In this document: positions 37,391 through 49,820 of the stretch, piece after piece
How positions within the stretch are numbered: position 1 is the stretch's first letter
How the letters are laid out: the number at the start of each line of letters is the position of its first letter
Program-made: the position numbers and the translations under genes
Assembly (NCBI GenBank): GCA_013265495.1
Contig: MU058687.1
Coordinates: 3,412,001 to 3,476,000, forward strand
Length of the DNA: 64,000 nt
Source: Vicugna vicugna
Taxonomy: Eukaryota
Reading direction: 5' to 3'
Notes under the pieces: generated by a model
Database searches by the model: none
Told to the model about the DNA's origin: nothing
Seen by the model: only the letters and a program-made list of their open reading frames with translations

Positions 37391-38295
37391 CTATTGTCAT
37401 TGTCACCATCACTGTTTCTCTGGAGAGTGAAAAGGGATCAGAGCCGCACTGTATACTCAGGACTCTGGCTGGGGTTGGTTATCTGCCCCAGCACCATACA
37501 GAGCTCAGAGACGGGGAGGGTTGGGAAGCCAGTTCCCAAACTTACACGCCAGGACAGGGCAAGGGCTAGTCCTGAATCCTACTCCGGGGGCATTAGGACC
37601 TTGTGCCGTGGGTGGGCTGACACTGGCTCCAGCATGGAGGACAGTAATAGGTGGTGGCCGTGTGAGTAGGTCTTCTAGGGAGTAGGGTCAGGCAGGGTAT
37701 GGGGTTGGACTTTGGAGCTGGGTTGGGGTCAGGAGCTCAGACCTCTGAACTGCGACAGCCTGGGTGTGGCTGAAGGAAGGGGGGAAATGACTCAACCAGT
37801 ACCAGCCTCCAAAGTTCCTTCCAGGCCTGACCTAAAATTGGTGGCCAGCAAAGAAGCCTTAGAGAATAGTGCACGGGTAGACCTCTGAACTGAGAGACTG
37901 GCTAACTCCAGCCTCATCAAATGGCTGGTGGGGAGATAGACTTCCTGCCCCAGTCAGTACAGGGGGCAGGAAGGATGGGTACTGGTGTCCTTGGCCACAG
38001 TGATCTCGGAAGGCAGAGGCAGCAGAAATGCAGCCTGGCCCCTGTTGATGTGCTCCTGCGCTGCGTCCAGTGCTTGGCTGGCATTTGGGATGGGACGTCC
38101 CATCCGGGTTTATCAGGCTGCAAAGCTTCTTGGGCTAAGCTTCCCTGTGGGAATGGTGCCGAGGCAGCTGTGCTAGAAGCTCCTTCCTGGAGCTTCCTTG
38201 CAGACCTTCAGGTCACGGGCTGCCTGGACACCCACCACCCTGGGCCCCAGTTCCCACATCAGCCGTCCATCTTTGTCTCCTTGTTGCTGCTTCAG

Positions 38296-38489
38296 GACTC
38301 AGAGATTCGCAACAATGCGGCCAACTACCTCCCCCAGATCAGCCAGCTCCTCAGCCACGTGCCACGCCAGATGCTGCTCATCTTCAAGACCAACGACCTG
38401 CTGCGCGGCATTGAGGCCGCCCTGGGCACCCGTGCCAGCGCCAGCTCCTTCCTCAACATGTCACGTTGCTGCATCAGGGCACTGGCCGC
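38296..38489 (+). CDS. ADCK1: ADCK1 penultimate coding exon (194 nt, phase 0/2): DSEIRNNAANYLPQISQLLSHVPRQMLLIFKTNDLLRGIEAALGTRASASSFLNMSRCCIRALA
   Basis: Acceptor ttgttgctgcttcAG ends at 38295; donor GTgagt at 38490. Contains the KTNDLLR motif. Confidence 0.96.
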
Positions 38490-39833
38490 GTGAGTGTGGG
38501 CTCTGGCCTTTCTTCCCATCCAGTTCCCTGACCAGTCCCAGGGGTCCACACACCTCCACTTTCTCCCACCAGTCAGCCCCCAGGGCCCCACCTGGCCTCC
38601 CCCATCTCCAGCTCTCCTTGCAGGATGTTAGGGGCAGAAAATAGCTCTGGTGAACTGGCTGATACCTCAGGGCAGTGTTTTGGGTGGTCCTGAGAGCCAC
38701 CTCTACTTGTGAAAATTGTGGATTCTAGGACCTCACCCTCACAGCCCAGCTTTCCAAGTGATTCTTACCCTTAGTAAAAGTTGAAATGTTTTCTGAAAAT
38801 CTTAGCCCCATGCAAGTGTCCCCTGGCCGTGGGATCAAGATGCCCTGGTACACACCCCATCTCTAGCTGGTGCTGGAACTATATCCCCAAGATTGGCCAG
38901 GCAGCGAGGCCAGTATTCTTTTCCCTACAGTGTGGCTGTGACTCAGGATAGTGTCACCAGCAGGCTGTCTCTGGATTTCAGGTCTTTTTAAATGCCTCAG
39001 CACCCTTGAGGTGTTGATGAGGAAGGGAAAGGTGCTTCCTCAGGGAGACAGTGGCAGAGGAGTGAGGGTTCTGGTTTCTTCTATCTGCGGGTAGCAAATA
39101 CATGGGAAGGTCCATGCTGTGGCTGAATATTCTCACCTGAGAGAGGAGACCTAGACTGTGGTCAGCTCCAAGCCATCCATCCTGGCAGCCAATGGGTCAT
39201 TCTGGCAAACTGATGAAGGCAGTGCTGACCACATATATCATGCACTTGCTATCAAATAGCAAGTTAGATTATAGCAAAAGAGTCTGCATACAGAAAGGGC
39301 TGAGCATGATTTATTCTGAGTTTCAGGAAACAAAGTCTTGAATAGGTCATCATCATAAACACCAGTTTTCATCATGTCCTTTTGTTGGTGCAGAAGGGAG
39401 TAAGCTGGGCTGAATCTATAATGGCCACAACCTCCCAGGACCACCTTGACCAGGTTTCCAGGTGATTCTTACCCTCAGGCAGTTTGGGAAAGCTTTTACA
39501 TTTGAATTTGGAGGATTCCGACTTGATGAATATTAACCCTACTTTTGGAAAGAAAGAAACTGAAATATTCTACCCAGTGGATCCACTAAGTCTTTGATGC
39601 CCAATGAAACAATGGCTTTTGCTTCCCCTACTTACCTGGAAAACACCTTTGGAGTAGCTGAGTTCCTCTGGTCCCTGCTTGGACAGTGGTCTAATCACAT
39701 AACCTGGAGTTGTTCACTGGGGCAGGGGGCCGGTGAGTTGGCAAAGCCACCATCTTCTGTTTTTCTAAAGGATACTGAGTGTTTCTTGCCTCTTTTTCTC
39801 TTGTTCTCGCCTTCCTTCTTGCCCCTCCTGCAG

Positions 39834-40005
39834 GCACCAGAGGAAGATTACACGTTCATTCTTCAGAAGGACCCAGATCTCCCTCAGCCAGGCCTTCCAC
39901 TTATGGTGGATCGATCTTCATGAACTGGTCCTGCGTGTGAAGGGGCTGAGGCTGGTCAGCTGGGTCACAGCTCTGCTTTGCTGGCTGTTGCCTGCTTCAT
40001 ACTGA
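39834..40005 (+). CDS. ADCK1: ADCK1 last coding exon: (A)HQRKITRSFFRRTQISLSQAFHLWWIDLHELVLRVKGLRLVSWVTALLCWLLPASY*
   Basis: Long polypyrimidine tract plus cAG ending at 39833. The phase-2 junction GC|G gives Ala. TGA at 40003-40005. Similar to the recalled ADCK1 C-terminus (SFFRRTQIS, LHEL.LRVKGL). Confidence 0.93.
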
Positions 40006-40580
40006 GTGGACTGGCTGTGTGACCTCGGTGTGAGGTCTCTATGTGACCCTGTGGTCTTTTCACTCCTTACTCTTCTGTTACATCTCTACCCTTTGCCCTG
40101 TTTCTGCCACATGGTGTCTGAGAATCCCACGGTCACTGTCCACAGCACCATTAAAGTTCTCTCCCTTGGAGTCCTTGTCTCGGCGTCCCCAAGCTGTGCC
40201 TGCGAGAGGCTTCTCTCCACATCCAGGGAGAAGGCACGGCAGTTTGCTTTCCTGTTCCCTGTGTGTGCCGTTGGGTTGGATGCCACCTTCCCCCAACTTC
40301 CATTAACCCTTCCTGTTGTCAGGATGGACCATGAATCCCACTGAGGGCACATTTAACTCCTCAGAGGTTTGATTTTGTTGGAGAGGAGCCTGGTCTCTGA
40401 GCTGTGAGAGAACAGCTTCTCCCTGCAATGTCGCTCCCCAGAGGGGCCAACCTGAGCCAGGAGACTCAGCACCCGAGCCAGGCTCTGGTGCCACTGTGAG
40501 CTCCCTGCTGTCATGGTGACCCCTTTGGTGTTTCATGTACTGTGGTTCAATAAAAACCCCTGCAGGGTTGCAGGGCAGGG
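40006..40580 (+). other. ADCK1: ADCK1 3' UTR (end approximate)
   Basis: Runs from the stop codon to the first downstream AATAAA (40549). Cleavage is expected roughly 15-30 nt after the hexamer. Confidence 0.7.
40549..40554 (+). terminator. ADCK1: Polyadenylation signal AATAAA of ADCK1
   Basis: Canonical hexamer, upstream TGTA (40536-40539, CFIm-type site), and downstream G/U-rich sequence (40590-40612). Confidence 0.8.
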
Positions 40581-41040
40581 CCTGGTCAGTGGGGTTTTTA
40601 TTCTGGGTTGGGAGTGAGTCCACTCTGGCCGCTGGGTAAGACGCCTCCGGATGCCGTGCGGTTCTGATCTGCTTGGCTTCTGGCCATGTAATCCTTCCAG
40701 CCTCCACTGTGCGGCCACTTCCTGCTTCTGGTATGTTTCTCTCACTTTCTGAGACCTTGGCTGGAGGTGTTAAGAAGCCCAAGGCCAGGAACTCAGAGGC
40801 TGAGCTTTATCCTCCAACTCTGGTTCCCCTGGGTTCTCACCTTGTTCCCTGCGACTTGGCACCTGCCTTGTTCTACTAATTGCCTCCCGATTTAGCCTTG
40901 GAGGTGTCGTTCGATGCCCCCAGTCCTGGAGACTGTAGCCCAAACCTCAGTCACCGTGGCTGGTGTTCCACTCTGAAATCTTGTCCCCTGTCTAGACTGC
41001 GTCTACCTTATTGACCTCTGCCAGCTGGCCTCCCCCCCCC

Positions 41041-41127
41041 NNNNNNNNNNNNNNNNNNNNNNNNNNNNNNNNNNNNNNNNNNNNNNNNNNNNNNNNNNNN
41101 NNNNNNNNNNNNNNNNNNNNNNNNNNN
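41041..41127. other. Assembly gap (87 N) flanked by poly-C runs
   Basis: N run seen directly, with C-runs on both sides. Confidence 1.
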
Positions 41128-41739
41128 CCCCCCCCCCCGTTAGAGTGTCTGCTCCTGTTGTGGGGACATCCTCAAACTCCTGCTCTGACTCCTGTGTCTG
41201 TGTGGTCTCCAGGTTCCCTGAGACCCCCCCCCAACTCTCATGGAGCACCCGTGCTCACAGACGGTAATTGTATTTGAATCTCTCTGATCTTACTTCACCC
41301 CATTCACAGGGGCAGAGAAAACCTAAATTTGAGTCTCATTTTCTGTTCTTTTTGTTCATAATACAACAAGCAGATTTTACACTGATCAGAGATGATTCGC
41401 AATCCCTTTATTTCCTGAAAGAATTAATTGTTCTTAGTGACCAGTTGGATGCCCCCAGGGACCTGAGAGAATAAGCTGCAAGATCTGTTATGAATCATGA
41501 GAATGCCTGCTGCATATTATATTTTATGGTATCTTTTATAGCCACTGAAGTAAATATAAATGTCCTTTTTGTTCAAGGTAATGGTTACTTGCTTTTCACT
41601 TTTGGTTTAATGGTTGGCTTCCTGCTGTCCTGGGATCTAAAACATCACCATGTTGCCAGAACAGTTATCCAGAGAGGGCTGAGAGTCTGGGAGAGTTTGC
41701 CGTACAGGGCAGTTTGAAAATAGGAAGGGAGTAGGTTGA

Positions 41740-41930
41740 TGTTTACTGAGTACCTTCCATGTGTGAAGGAACATGCTAGGTGCTTTGTAAATAAGTTACA
41801 TTATTGAATTTTCCCATCATCTCTATGAGGGGGAGGGGTCATTAGCCTCATTTTACAAAGATGGGAACTGAGGCTCAGAGAGGTTTAGTAATTTTCTTGA
41901 AGTCACACAGCTGCTGAATGTTGGTGCATG
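41740..41930 (-). repeat. MIR SINE
   Basis: cattttacaaagatgggaactgaggctcagagaggtttagtaattttcttgaagtcacacagct. Confidence 0.75.
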
Positions 41931-42154
41931 CTTTGCTTTTTATTCCACAGTGCTGTAGATATGGATTACACCTGCTCCCTAGGCTGCCATATGTGCCTGA
42001 ACTGTGTCTCAAACACCCTGACTTCAGAGGAAGTTGAATTTTCAGTGGAGGTAGGAGCATGGATGGGTAAAGGAGACAAAAAGCTCTGGAAAGTGCAGAC
42101 TGAGTCCCGGTGTTCCTCAGGCCTAAGACATGATGGACCTGGACCACTGCGATA

Positions 42155-42815
42155 CTGCAGTGCAGTTCTAATGCTGACCACCTGGAGTTAGTGTAGACTT
42201 GATAGGCTAAGGGCACAGTTCCTGTAAGACTGCCCTCACTTCAGACACAAGCTGCAGGCTTGGGTGTCCCTGGGCCATCTGCACTTCTGACCAACTGACT
42301 ACAAATATGGGGATTCCCACAACTCCCTCAGGTTTGATAATTTGCTAAAATGACTCACAGAACTCAGGAGAGCACTACACTTGTGATTACAGGTATATTA
42401 TACAGGATACAAATCAGGATCAGGCAAATGAAGAGACACGTAGGGTGAAGTCTAGGAGGGTCCCGAGTGCAGAGCTTCTGGACTCTGTGGAAGGAACCTC
42501 TTGGCACAACAATGTGTTCACGGAGCTTCAGCGTTCAGAGCTTTTACCAGGGTGTCATTACATAGGCACAATTAATTGAATCATTGACCCCATGATTGAA
42601 CTCAACCTCCAATCCCCCACCCTCTCCAGAGAAGGTGGGACTGCTCACCCCCATCCTGAATCATTTAGCATAAACTCAGGTGTGATCCAGGGACACACCA
42701 TGAAAAACAAAGATACTCCCATCATGAAGAAAGTCCAAGGATTTAGAGGTCTTCTCCCAGGAGCAGACAAAGGGACAAAGAGCAGAAAAATTCTTCATTA
42801 TATAACAACCACTGC
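42155..42815 (-). mobile_element. MER21-like LTR
   Basis: cctggagttagtgtagac..agactgccctcacttcagacac..cctcaggtttgataatttgct..actcacagaactcagg. Confidence 0.65.
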
Positions 42816-44461
42816 GGTGTCTTCTCATCCTGTGTACTTGGCCTGAGGTGTGTCTTCATCGACCGACCGACTACTGGCCTGTGCCTTCTGCTCAGTGGGG
42901 TGGAGCAGTCTCTGGAGTGAGGCCATCGGTGGCTCTTACGATCTCTATTCTGCAACTCAGAGGCGCTCACGTGAGCTTCTGCAGGGGACCTTCGCCCTGC
43001 TCCCTTCTCCATCCTGTGGAACTTGCCATAAATTGATTTGGGTTTGGTGCTTCCAGTAAAATCCTAAGAGTTTCTTCTCCCAGCAGTGACAACGCGTCAG
43101 GTCAGCACCAGCTTACTTTGAAGAGTGCTTTCTGTGTTCACTCTTGGATCCTTATTCAATTTAGGTGTTGGCTTCTTTGATTTAGGCAGTTTGGCTCTTG
43201 TTCCCCTTCCCTCTTCTTGTCCACCTGGGGAGAATTCCGACTCAATGCCCACTTGACCCAGAGCCTCTCAAATGTGTGCCCAGCTTATAGGAAGAGCAGA
43301 TGTCTTGATATGTAGTAAGTGCTCAGTAAACATGCAGATAGTCAGACTCTCAGAATACTTCACTATTTTCAGGGATGTTGAAACCTGTGTATTTAAAAAG
43401 AAGCTATATGTGCCACTCTCCCTCCGCTAGGAATGCTGCCTTGTTTGATTGTCAGGTTAATTTTTGCAGCATCTGCGCCCACTCCCGGGATCAGGGATGG
43501 TCCCTCTCAGCGTGACAGGCTGTCAGGGCCCTCCTGCCAGGGGTGCAGGGCTCTGAGAATGTGAACTTCTAATGACATCTCAGAAAATGATCCTGGCTCC
43601 AAGAGGCACCCAACAAATCCTCAGGGGCAGCGCTTGGGAGGTTTAGAGTTACCCTCAGTGGAAGCAAATGTGAGAAGGGTTGGATGGAGCCTTGCAGGGT
43701 GACACTTGGGGCTTACGTGGCCTCGAGGTATGGCTAAGTGGAGCTTCGGTCTGAGTTGGGATCTGGGCAAGATCCAAATAAGACGAACAAAGCTGCAGAG
43801 AATTCCATGTTCCTGGCAGCCTGGCCTGCTGGGGGTGATGTTTGTTGGGCTGAATTAGGGAGACCCATATTTAGAGAGAGGCCTTGAATGCCAGGCAGCC
43901 TAGTGCCACTGCTATTGGTAACTGGCCAAGGCAGATTGTGGGAGGCCCTGTACCCTAAGCCTTAAGCCTGCAAATATTTTAGTCCATTTGTTCAGAAAGA
44001 CTCTGCTCTCACCTCCATTCCTTCCTCCTTCCTTCCTGTGAAGTAAAGCCCACTACAAAGCTGCTCTCTCCTTTTCTAAAGGAAGGTCGGGGTCAGCCCT
44101 CAGCAGAGTAAATATTAAACCTTGGACTGTGATGTCCGTTTTCCTGCAGCTAGTGTCTCCTGGCCTGGTTTACTTGGCTTCTCTGGAGGCCACCTCAGCC
44201 CCCAGCATCAGCTAGCTCCCCTCCCAGCCAGGTCACCGAGCCCCTGGCCAGCACTGCTGGGGATAGAAAACACTCTTTCTGCCTGGTTCTGCCTTTGGTT
44301 TAATAGTGGCATAATTTCTCTGATACTTCTTCCTGTTTCTCTCTTTCCTGGCTGTAAAGGGAAGGCCAGGCTGGCAAAGTGGTGAAGTGATGGGTGTCCA
44401 GCCCACCGATCCCTGACATTTCAGCTCCCATTTCCTCGTCTCTTCTCCCTGCACTTTCATT

Positions 44462-44925
44462 CTAGAACAGTGCTTCTCAAACTTCCAGGTATAAATGAAT
44501 CACCTGGGCTCTTGTTAAAACACAGATTCAGCCTCGGCGGGTCTGCGTGGGGCCTGAGGTTCTGCATCTCTAACCAGCTCCCCGGGGATGCTGATGCTGC
44601 TTGCCTGAGGACCATGCTCTGGTTTGCAAAGTTCTGATCAGTGGTTCTGAAGGTGTGGTACTGGGACCAGCAGCATTAGCATAACCTGGGAGCTGGTTAG
44701 AAATGCAAATCTCAGACCCCACTCCAGATCTGCTGAAGCAGAAACTCTGGGGTGTGACCCTGCAATCTGCTTTAATAAGCCCTCCAGGGGGTTCTGATGC
44801 ACATGCTCACGATTGAAATCCCTGTTCTATGGTTCTCAATCCTACCTGAACGTTGGGCTCACTGAGAAAGCTGTGAGTGCCCAAGATTCTGATTTAACTG
44901 GTTTGAGTGAGAACCAGGCAGTTAA
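44462..44925. mobile_element. Cluster of adjacent MER5A-like hAT-Charlie MITEs
   Basis: cagtgcttctcaaactt...ggggcctgag..tctgcat.tctaac.agctcccc, then cagtggttct..gtgtggt..ggaccagcagcat (opposite orientation), then a third partial copy ggttctcaatcct. Confidence 0.75.
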
Positions 44926-44934
44926 AACATTTTT

Positions 44935-45390
44935 AAAAAAACTTTTTATTTTGAAATAACTTTAGATTTACAGTAGGCTTGTAAAGATAGTCCACAGAGT
45001 ACCACATACCTTTCACCCAGCTCTCTCTAATGTTAACACCTTACATAACCACAGTACCTTTATTAACATTAAGAATTAACATTAGACATTACTTCAGCTG
45101 AGCTATTCATATTTCACCAGTTTCCATACTAATGTCCTCTCTGTGTCCCTGGTCTAGGACACACTGTACATTCAGTTGTCATGTCTCCCTAGTCTCTGCT
45201 CTGTGACAGTTCCTCAGACGTCCCTTGTTTTCCATGACCTTGACACTTGGGAAGAGCACTGGTCAGGTATTTTGTGCAACGTCTTTCAAGGTTGTTCTGT
45301 CTGATGTTTTCTTGTGATGAGACTGGGGTTACGGGTTTGAGGAAGGGTTGCACAGAAGTGAAGCACCCTCTCATCACGTCATACCTGGGG
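44935..45390 (-). mobile_element. Old L1 (L1MC-like) 3' end
   Basis: aactttttattttgaaataactttagatttacag...ccttgttttccatgaccttgacacttgg resembles the recalled L1MC 3' consensus. Confidence 0.7.
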
Positions 45391-48300
45391 AAACATAATT
45401 TTGACTTGACATACTGTTTCTGTTCTTTAAATTGCCCCAGCCAGGGTTGGGACCCTGCTTTGGGCTCACATACATTCCAGGAGTCTTCTGGAGAAGGAAG
45501 AAATGCAGCTTATGGACTTCTCCACAGGTGGGCATTAGGCAGAGATCCTCTTTGAGACTGAGAAGCCTGCCTGGCTATTTCCAAATTAAAAGGCTCCCAG
45601 TAAACTACAAAATGCGGATACACCAGCACAAGGTAATAGAATGGCTGTGTAATTATAATGTTTACATTTATCAGATGTTAACTTTTTCAGCATACACACA
45701 AATGCAATAACAAATGAATGTAACATCAGGTGTGTGAGCATCAAGTCCCTCCCCTCAAAAGATAAGCCTGGCACTAGTAATTTTGTTTTCCAGGTGTTTT
45801 TGCAGTTCTAGGAATGGAAATCACCAGTGGGAGGTTGGCAGGGAGCCCTCTCATCTGTCACCCCGAGTGGTGGGCCTGGTGCCTTCCATCGGCCTGCCCT
45901 GACAGCCGCCTCCCAGTGCCCAGAGGGGAAACCACAGTCTTGCTTGGGCTAGTGGCTGAGTGTTCCAAGCCCACGACGGACTGCCCACGCCATGAATGAT
46001 GCAAGTGGTTGATGGTCCTTTCTCTTGGTAAGTAATAATGGAGGGGGACGCCCGGGGGGTGCAGTGGCTTCACCCTCCAACGCTGACACTGGGTGGGACG
46101 TGAAGTCCTTCCAGGTTCCCCAGAGGGTGAAATTGGGGCCAGAGGTCAGGGGCTCTGGCTGTTCCCTGCTTATTGGAGCTTCCAAGCCTGTGTGTAGGTG
46201 GGAGGTCTTCTTCCCTGGCCCCTGGGTGTTTGCCCCTTTTTGTGCCAAATGTAAGTGTATGCACGTCAGAGTATCTACAAACAACTGCTGACAGTGGCTG
46301 CCGCCATCACAGAGGCAAGAGGTATAGGGTAGTAATTAAGGGCCTGGGCTCTCAAGTTGGCCAGAGTTCAAATCCTATTGTCCTCAGTGTTCTGTGTGAC
46401 CTTGGGCAAGTATCCCAACCTCTTTGAGCTTCAATTCCTAGATTTGAATAGTGGGAACAATGGTGCCTACCTCATAGTGTCATTGGGAGGATGAAATTAG
46501 ATAATATATGCAGTGTACTTGCAGAAATGCTTACATGGCCATCTCTCTGGCCACAGACATTGGTTCCAGTATGAGGTCATGACTCCAAGGGCCTTCCTTT
46601 GACTTTCAGCTAAGACTTTGGAGAATGACTATCTTTCCACTGATTGCTAAGCTCCAGTGGCTATATTGCTTGCCTCTCTTTTGAACTCCTAGATCCAGCC
46701 ATTCCTGCAGGCCAGATCCACCCTTAGCTCTTTAATTATAGGAGCCAATAAAACTCCCTGCCTTCCTTTTTTTTGGTGTAGGTTACTTTAAGTTGGGTAT
46801 CTGAGTTCTAACCAAAAGTGCCCTTATCATTGCAGCTATTATCTTTAAGGTGCTGGCCAATGTTTGGAGGATGGGGAGAGCCCAGAGGAAGTCTTGAGAA
46901 GAATAACAGAGATGTCTACAGGGATAGACAATAGAGAAATAATTACAGACTTGAACACTCTCCAGAGAGCCAAAGAAGAGCAAACAGAGTTAAGTTATAT
47001 TAAGAGCCAGTTTGGTGGGACGTGGTGGGAGGCATGGAGACCTTGTGATTATTGTGATTGCTGGTGTTGAGACAATGAGAGTCAGGGCTACTGACAGGTT
47101 ACTGATTTGGTGCTGTTTTCCAGTCATAACCAACACAAAGGCCGTGCTGTTCTGTCTGGATGCCAGTTGTATGGATACGATTTTTATAGTAGTCATGTCT
47201 GTTTCCTAATTGTGTTTTTAGAACTTGGCTATTTGGCTGAAATAGGCTTAATTTCTCTTACCGATTCTGCTAGTTGCTGTGCACACAGGTTACCCCCAGA
47301 GAGCTGGCAGGAGCTCTCTCTTTAATCACAGTATTAGTTGGAAAGAGACATCCCTAGGAGCATTTAAGATAAAGACAGTCTCACGGAGGTGTTCCCTGTT
47401 GACCAGAGCTGAGCTGGCCAGTTCACAGAGCCTATGTTTAACCAGGGATGAGTTTGGGAACTGGACTGTGTATGTGGAATCTCCTTTCTCTTCTGCTTTT
47501 CCTGATTTTACACGTCTGGTTGAGTGAGATGAGCGCTCACATGAGGGCTGTCCCCTCTCTTTCCCTGTCTGGGTAGTGAGATTCCTAAACAGGCTGATCT
47601 TGATGTTTTGTAGACACCAAGCTCATCCCATCTCCATGGCCTTGCTCTTGGTGTTCACGCTGCCTCTCTCTGCTTTTCCTGACATCCAAGCCCTCTGCTT
47701 TCTACACTCGTTACAGCTCTCAAGTCCTGCCTTCTGTAGGGAGCCTCCCAAGACCAGTGCCCTTGTTGATCTCCCTCCTCCTCCTCCTCCCAGTTCTCTT
47801 GACACTTCTCTCCACTCCCACCATCCACACTCAATGGTCTACCTGCCCCATGCAGTCCTTGGAGGGCAAGAAACATTTCTTTGTCTCTTGCATGCTCTGT
47901 GACACCAGGGCAGCGGAGGCCATAGTAGGTCTTTCATTGGTCATCATATGGCCATGAACACATGCCTCACTTCATGCATGTAGCGTGCCTTCCTCCAATG
48001 CCCTTTTATTGGGGAGAGGAGTGGACAGACAAAGTGAATCACACATGATGCTTGCCTGTAAGGAACTGGGGTATCTTTGTCAAGAGCATATGCTTTGGGT
48101 AAGGAGAGAGTCTCCTGCAAGTGGGAGCAGTGGTGAACTGGGAGACTATGGTCTGGGAGGAGAGAAAGAGATTTAAATAACTCTCGGGGACCAGTGATGC
48201 CAGTCAGCAGCTCTACCTGGAAGTAAGATTCAATGAGACTGTCTCTGTATTTCTCTTTGTTTCTCCTTGGGGCCAATATTTCCCTAAATTTTATTTTGAC

Positions 48301-49079
48301 CAAGGGGCCTATACTCACTGTCTCAGTGGATGGTGCCACCAGCAGTCACCTAGGTCCAAAAGCTGGGAGTCAGCCTTTACCCCTTGTTGACCTTCATAGC
48401 AATGCCCCATGAACGATACCATCTTGTATGTCTTGTGTCCACCAACTCTCCTCTCCCTCCTTTACCACTAGCATTTTGATTTAGACCTGGTCCCCTCACT
48501 GGTCTCCTTGCCTCCCACCATGTCCCACCAAACTGGCTCTTGTTCAGTTCACCTAAAGCCAACCTGCCTACAGTCACATGGCCAAAAACCTCTTTGCCCA
48601 AGGATCAATTCTCCCAAAGACCAGTTTACCTCAAATTAAGTACTCTTGAGTATTTTCAGATCCATTTAACCTTCCTATTAGTTCTTGTCTTTTTTTTTCA
48701 TTATAAAGATTTTTTAAAACCAATTCAGGCAAGAGTAGTCAACTTAATTTTGTATTCCTATTAAGTATTTATTAAACAAGCAGCTTTTTTGAATGATTAT
48801 TTTGTATTCTTATGGATGTCTTTTTCTAGATTGCTTACTTTCATTAACTTTAAAGATAACCAGTATTTAGCCATTTTTGTCTAAAGACACTTTCCTCAAA
48901 ATATAGCTGTCCTAGCAAAAAATATTCAAGGCATTAATTACAGTCAATTGCTATGCACTGTGTCATCTTGATTTCTTAACTAAGGGTAGTTTTAGATGAA
49001 AAATGGTGGGTATTAATGTTGAGTTTTGTGTGGTGCATATTATTGTATGAATTAGGGACCCTGGAAAAGGGTGATTCTT

Positions 49080-49820
49080 TCTCTCTCCCTTTTTTTCTTT
49101 CCTTCCTTTCTTCCTTTTTTATTGAAGTACAGTTGATTTACAATGTGTTAGTTTCAGGTATATAGCAAAGTGATTCAGATATATATGTATGTAAATATAT
49201 TCTTTTTCAGTTTCTTTTCTATTATAGGTTATTATAAGATACTGAATATAGTTCCCTGTGCTATACAGTAGGTCCTTGTTGTTTATCTATTTTATATATA
49301 ATAGTGTATAATATATAAATTATATAATATATAAATATATATATATATAAATTATATAATATATCTATAATATATAAAGTATATAATATAATAGTGTGTG
49401 TTAATCCCAAGCTCCTTATTTCTTCTTCCCCCCTTCCCCTTTGGTAATCATAAGTTTGCTTTCTATGTTGTCAGTCTATTTCTGTTTTGTAAATAAGATC
49501 ACTTGTATCTTTTTTTAAGAGTCCACATATAAATGATATCATATAATATTTGTTTCTCTGTCTGACTCCACTTGGTATGATATTCTCAAGTCCATCCATA
49601 TTGCTGCAAATAGCATTATTTCATTTTTTCATGGCTGAGTAATATTCTATCGTGTGTGTGTGTGTGTGTATGTGTATGTGTGTGTGTGTATACACACATC
49701 TTTATCCATTGATCTGTTGATGGACATTTAGGTTGCTTCCATGTATCGGCTGTTGTAAATAGTGCTGCTATGAATATTGGGGTGCATGTATCTTCTCAAA
49801 TTAATGTTTTTGTCTTTTAA
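49080..49820 (-). mobile_element. 5'-truncated L1 (ORF2 end plus 3'UTR) with internal TA-rich and TG repeats
   Basis: ttattgaagtacagttgatttacaatg...gatggacatttaggttgcttccatg. TSD aaaagggtgattctt (49065-49079) / aaaaggatgactctt (49821-49835). Confidence 0.88.

Noticed and set aside
37921..38295. Long in-frame 5' extension of the ADCK1 exon in the 190-aa ORF
   Set aside because: ADCK1 similarity begins only after the AG at 38295; the upstream part is intron that happens to be open.
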